Assembly: GCA_001662655.1 (NCBI GenBank)
Contig: KV460214.1
Length of the DNA stretch: 64,000 bases
Source of the DNA: Pseudogymnoascus verrucosus
Taxonomy: Eukaryota
Strand: one strand, 5' to 3'
The position numbers were made by a program, and so were the translations under genes. Under the pieces are notes generated by a model. It saw nothing but the letters and a program-made list of their open reading frames with translations. It searched no databases and was not told the DNA's origin. This document shows, piece after piece, positions 59,886 to 64,000 of the stretch. Each line of letters starts with the position of its first letter. Within the stretch, counting starts at the first letter, position 1.

Positions 59886-61680
59886 TCAGCGAGCCTTTGG
59901 TTCATTTCCCTCAGATTTATCAGCCACAGATTCTTCCTCTTCCTCTATCGGAATTTCTTTCTTGTCATCATCATGTGCTGGCTCATCTTTCTTCCCATCA
60001 AAAATCTCTGCAATCTCCTCGAGCGTATGACCCTTAGTTTCTGGGAAAAGAAACCAGATCAAGCTAAGCAGCACGGCTAAAAGAGCGCAAAAGAAAATGT
60101 AGTATTTCCATCCAATCGACTTCATCGCAATCGGATTGCAGAATTGTCCGATTATCAAGGAAATATAACCTGATGCCAGAGCTACTGTAAGACCTCGGCC
60201 GCGTAGGGCATAGGGGAAAATCTCCACAGGATAGGCTTGGAATAGCGGCGTCCATGCGATGTCATAGAAGAAATAGTAGATGAAAATGAATGCCAAGACA
60301 GCATTTCCAGCTTGTTGGTTGAGAGTTCGAGCAAACACGCTGGTGAGTATAGTCCAGCATACATATGAGACTAGCATGCCCGTAGTCGATATGAGGAACA
60401 ATGTACGCCTGCCAATTCGATCAACCATCAAAGCGCCTGCCAAAACAGCGGCAATCCAATTGAAGACTTGGAGGAGTCCGTTGATAAGGGCTTGAGAAGC
60501 TACCGATGTAATGCCGATAGTGTTGAGGACCAATGTAAGATAGTATGACACGACACCAACACCGTTCCATTGAGACCCTATGCCTGTAATGACGGCGATG
60601 AGAGTCCTTCTTCGGTTTGGCGCTGTGCGGATTAGATCGAAATAAGTTGTCTGAGAATTGATGCTGGCTTCTAGGCGAATATTCTCTTCAATTTCGTTCA
60701 TCTCATAATCCACAAGTGGGGAAGACTCATCACCGCCGCCATGATACTTAACCAGGATTTTGCGTGCTTCTTCGTGGCGATGTTTCGCAATAAGCCATCT
60801 GGTCCAAATTAGCAAAGCCCATGTGTTTAGACCAACAGATACTTGCCTCGGGGACTCAGGAAGCCAGTAGAAGAATGCAAACTGGATTGAAGGTAACGCT
60901 CCTTGCAAAAGTGAGGGGATCCTCCAAGCCCATGTTGACGGTATTTTAAATGTACCATAGGTAAACCATGCAGCCATAATGGCGCCTAGATACTATAAAA
61001 CCGTTAGGATTCTGTGGCCTACCAAAACGATATACTTACATAGAATGTGTTATACAGAGCAGTAATTTGCCCTCTCTGCGTAGGATATGCCAGCTCGGTG
61101 ATCAAAATCGGGGATGGCTGAGCGATTAGAGCTGTTGCCCCCCCTAAAATTAAACGAGAAATAATGAACATTGGGAGATTCTGAGCAGCCCCCTGCAGTG
61201 CCGCGCCGACTAAGAGGAAGATGAAGCCGACAAACATGGGGCATTTTCGCCCATATTTATCAGACAACCACGTGCATGGGAATAGAACAAGTATTTTCCC
61301 AATAGGATACACAGCGTTGATCGTCCCTAGGAGTGCGCTCTGGGGATGGTTGAAGTAGTTGCGCCATTGCTCAAGGGTTTGCAACCCGTTCATCATAGCA
61401 CCTAATGAGCATATCAGCATTGAATCAATTGTTAGAAATTTAAAGAGAATGTACCATCAAATCCCACGGTAGCTGAAGAAAATAGCGCTACAAGTAGAAT
61501 CAAGTTCAACTTGGCAATATGGGGTGTCTTGTACCATGGTTTTGGGTTTTTTGGCAGAACCTGTTGCATTCATTAGCCCAAACATCCGAAACAAGACGAA
61601 GATTTGCAAATCCTTACAGCAAGGAGTCCTAGGCCAACCGCCGCCTCTGCACTAGTCTCTGATTTCTTAAAGATACCCAT
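59886..61680 (-). CDS. Sugar porter MFS, lactose permease/cellodextrin transporter-like, multi-exon
   Basis: GFDGAMMNGLQ, SDKYGRK, ITELAYP.QRG, WAWRIPS.LQ, PESPRWL, QWNG.GVVSYY and PETKGHTLEEI. Confidence 0.93.
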
Positions 61681-62479
61681 AGTAGTCAGGTGCTCTGTTG
61701 TTATAGTAGCAAGTCTGTATAAGATGCCATCCAGCTCAAGAAATAGTTGCAAGATGATGATGAGAGCAACAGGTCTAAACACTTAGTTCTTATATTGATA
61801 ATGCACGATGCTTTCTGACTGAACCCGAAATGCGGGGAATTAAGCGACCTCCGCGTTTTCTGAAGTGGATGGAGTCTGATCCCTGGCAGCCACGTTGAGA
61901 ACTCTGTCTCGGGGAAGGTCCCCGGATGTGGCCTGAGTTGGTTAAGAGGGTCGAGCGTTCTAGGGCCTCTGATTTTAGTTGATTGAGAATGGCCTCGTTT
62001 CGGAATAGATACTTGGCGTAAATTAAGACTACATTCTCGATAGTACTCAGTGGTACTGTAACCTTGCATAAACAGAAGCATGTGCAGATCGACTGTCCTA
62101 AATTTCGGTAGGACCTCAGTTAACAACGAGGATGGACTAGACTCTCGGCTAAATTATGGGTTCTCTTTTCAGAATCCGGGCCAACTTCGGAGGAAGCCAT
62201 GAATGTGTTGAGGGTTTGCGCTACCGGCCATAGACAGTAGCGTTAGATGTTTGCCTCGTCTGTCGGCAAATGTCCATTTCATCTGCCACATTAGTAATAT
62301 TCATAACATAATACTGTCTGGTTTATACCCCCATATCCGGTGACGTGGAACGGGGTAATCGGGGAGAAGTTACCCCACATTTGGTGAGGAGACGATCTTA
62401 AAGAATCAGTCCCCACAATCCACAAAACAATCTCGCGGGGCATCCGACAACTCAACATGACCCATGCTCATCAATAGTT

Positions 62480-64000
62480 ATGGAGGGGGAAATTGTTAGC
62501 CCTGTCGCTGGACCTGTCGGTAGGGATCAAGGACATGAGTTCCCTTCCGATGGTCATAGGCCCCCTGCTCGACAGCGAGCACGTACTCGCGGTGTTACCG
62601 CGTGTTCTCTCTGTCGAAGCCGAAAGACGAAATGCGACAATCAAAGACCAACGTGTGGCTATTGCTCGAGAACTCAAGTCGAATGCGCTTATGAAGATGA
62701 TGTGGAGCTGAACTCGTAAGTCTGTATGGTGAGCTGCCGCCAGCCTTTAACGCAGCCCCCTTATCAAACAATAATAATAATTACTAGTTGTCATATTATC
62801 GAGTCAGAGTTGCTTAAGAAAATAGAGACTCTAACAGGCCTACTTCAATCTCAAGCTCTCCAATTAACTGGGCGAGATGAGAGTACATTTCCCCCTATCC
62901 TCCCCGATACTGAATTCTCGGCCCTACCGGCCCAAAACCACATCGAGAATCATTATCACCACTACCATTACTACCAAGAAACCAGCAAGAACAGCAAGCC
63001 GAACGAAAGCCTCATAGAACCACAGAGCACTTGCACAGACCATGGCTCCCTATCTGTTGGCGTTGATTCCGTATTATCATGGAAGATATTCCCGCAAACC
63101 TACTCTTATCTGACTTTACCGCGCGATTCCGACGACAATTGTGTGCAGTCCATTCCTTTACCAAATGTCGAGTATTTTGAGCTTGCAAGATTGGAATCCA
63201 AGTACATTACCTATGTCCATACAAAGAATCCAATCGTGGATCCCCGCGACATTCACCATCAAATTTGCCACGTTGTCGAGAACGGGCTGAGCTGGAACAC
63301 GTCGACATGCCTTGTTGCTCTAGTCTGTGCTCTTGGTGCGACATCAGAGAGATATGTAGCACAACAGAAATCGTCCTCCAGCTTAAGTCCAAACGAGATG
63401 CAAATAGACCACGGACTCATGAAAGATCTCGAAATTGCGGATAGGTTTTGGAACATCGCAGTGAAGAGGATTGGCCTTGCGATGAGTGAGAATAGTCTAG
63501 AGGCTGTTCAATGTCTTTGCCTTGCTGGGTAAGTGAGAAACATCAGCATCTCATGATGAGGCACTATCTGAAGGAACAAGCAATCGATACTAATGTTTAT
63601 CTAGAATATGGTACATGTACAATTTTCAGCCTTTACAAGCATGGAAATATTTCAGGCTCGCTAGTAATGCCTGGTATGTGTCATTTATTACAAGGTTGGT
63701 CATTATAGTATACTTCTAATATAGTTACTAACTTGCTTTCTAGAATGCCTTCTCTAACCAATAGGCCTTACGATGTAGGTGGCTCCTTGACGCTTGAGCA
63801 GAGTCTCTACTTTACCTGCTACAAGTCAGAATGGTATTTATATCTTCATACTAGATCATGACCGAACCAAAAACTAACGTGGTGCAGCGAACTTGCCTTT
63901 GAACTACCACTCCCTACTTCCATCCTCCACGACATCGGCTATCCCCATGCTTTTCCCTCTCCTCCAAACGTTGATGATCAAGCAGTAGACAAGGATGACA
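62480..64000 (+). CDS. Zn(II)2Cys6 transcription factor, truncated by the window end
   Basis: TACSLCRSRKTKCDNQRPTCGYCSRTQVECAY; VHTKNPIVD, LVCALG and VQCLCLAG. Confidence 0.9.

Noticed and set aside
2121..64000. Intact Starship captain (DUF3435) or other recombinase
   Set aside because: No ORF with recognisable tyrosine- or serine-recombinase features was seen; only the short MKLSKDELLADI stubs are candidates.

Overview
Filamentous ascomycete (Pezizomycotina-type) genomic DNA, judged from short GT..AG introns, Zn2Cys6 regulators and RIP-like C>T/G>A decay. The window opens with a RIP-inactivated Fot1/pogo transposon (1-1811) and an intact minus-strand tRNA-Gly(GCC) (2050-2120). The main observation is that the first 20 nt of this tRNA recur as a perfect direct repeat at 12988-13007, 19486-19505 and 35635-35654. 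Each recurrence sits in a near-identical 60-nt T-arm-less tRNA look-alike, preceded by a shared right-end segment (D) and followed by a left-end segment (U) that also abuts the real tRNA. This divides the DNA into head-to-tail units of 10.9, 6.5 and 16.1 kb, plus probably a further unit running off the right edge. Each unit carries unrelated cargo, and no intact recombinase is visible. I infer a tRNA-targeted tandem array of cargo-carrying integrative elements (captain-less Starship-like or integron-like). Cargo: a Zn2Cys6/agmatinase-like/MATE/MFS nitrogen cluster; DUF829 + DUF2855 + hypothetical; a 747-aa hypothetical, ArAE-type transporter, sterol glucosyltransferase-like gene and vWA protein. 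Further right lie an MFS-P450-TF-ADH-esterase-BVMO-MFS cluster and a GH3/sugar porter/TF cluster. Protein calls rest on motif recognition by eye, and exon boundaries are approximate.
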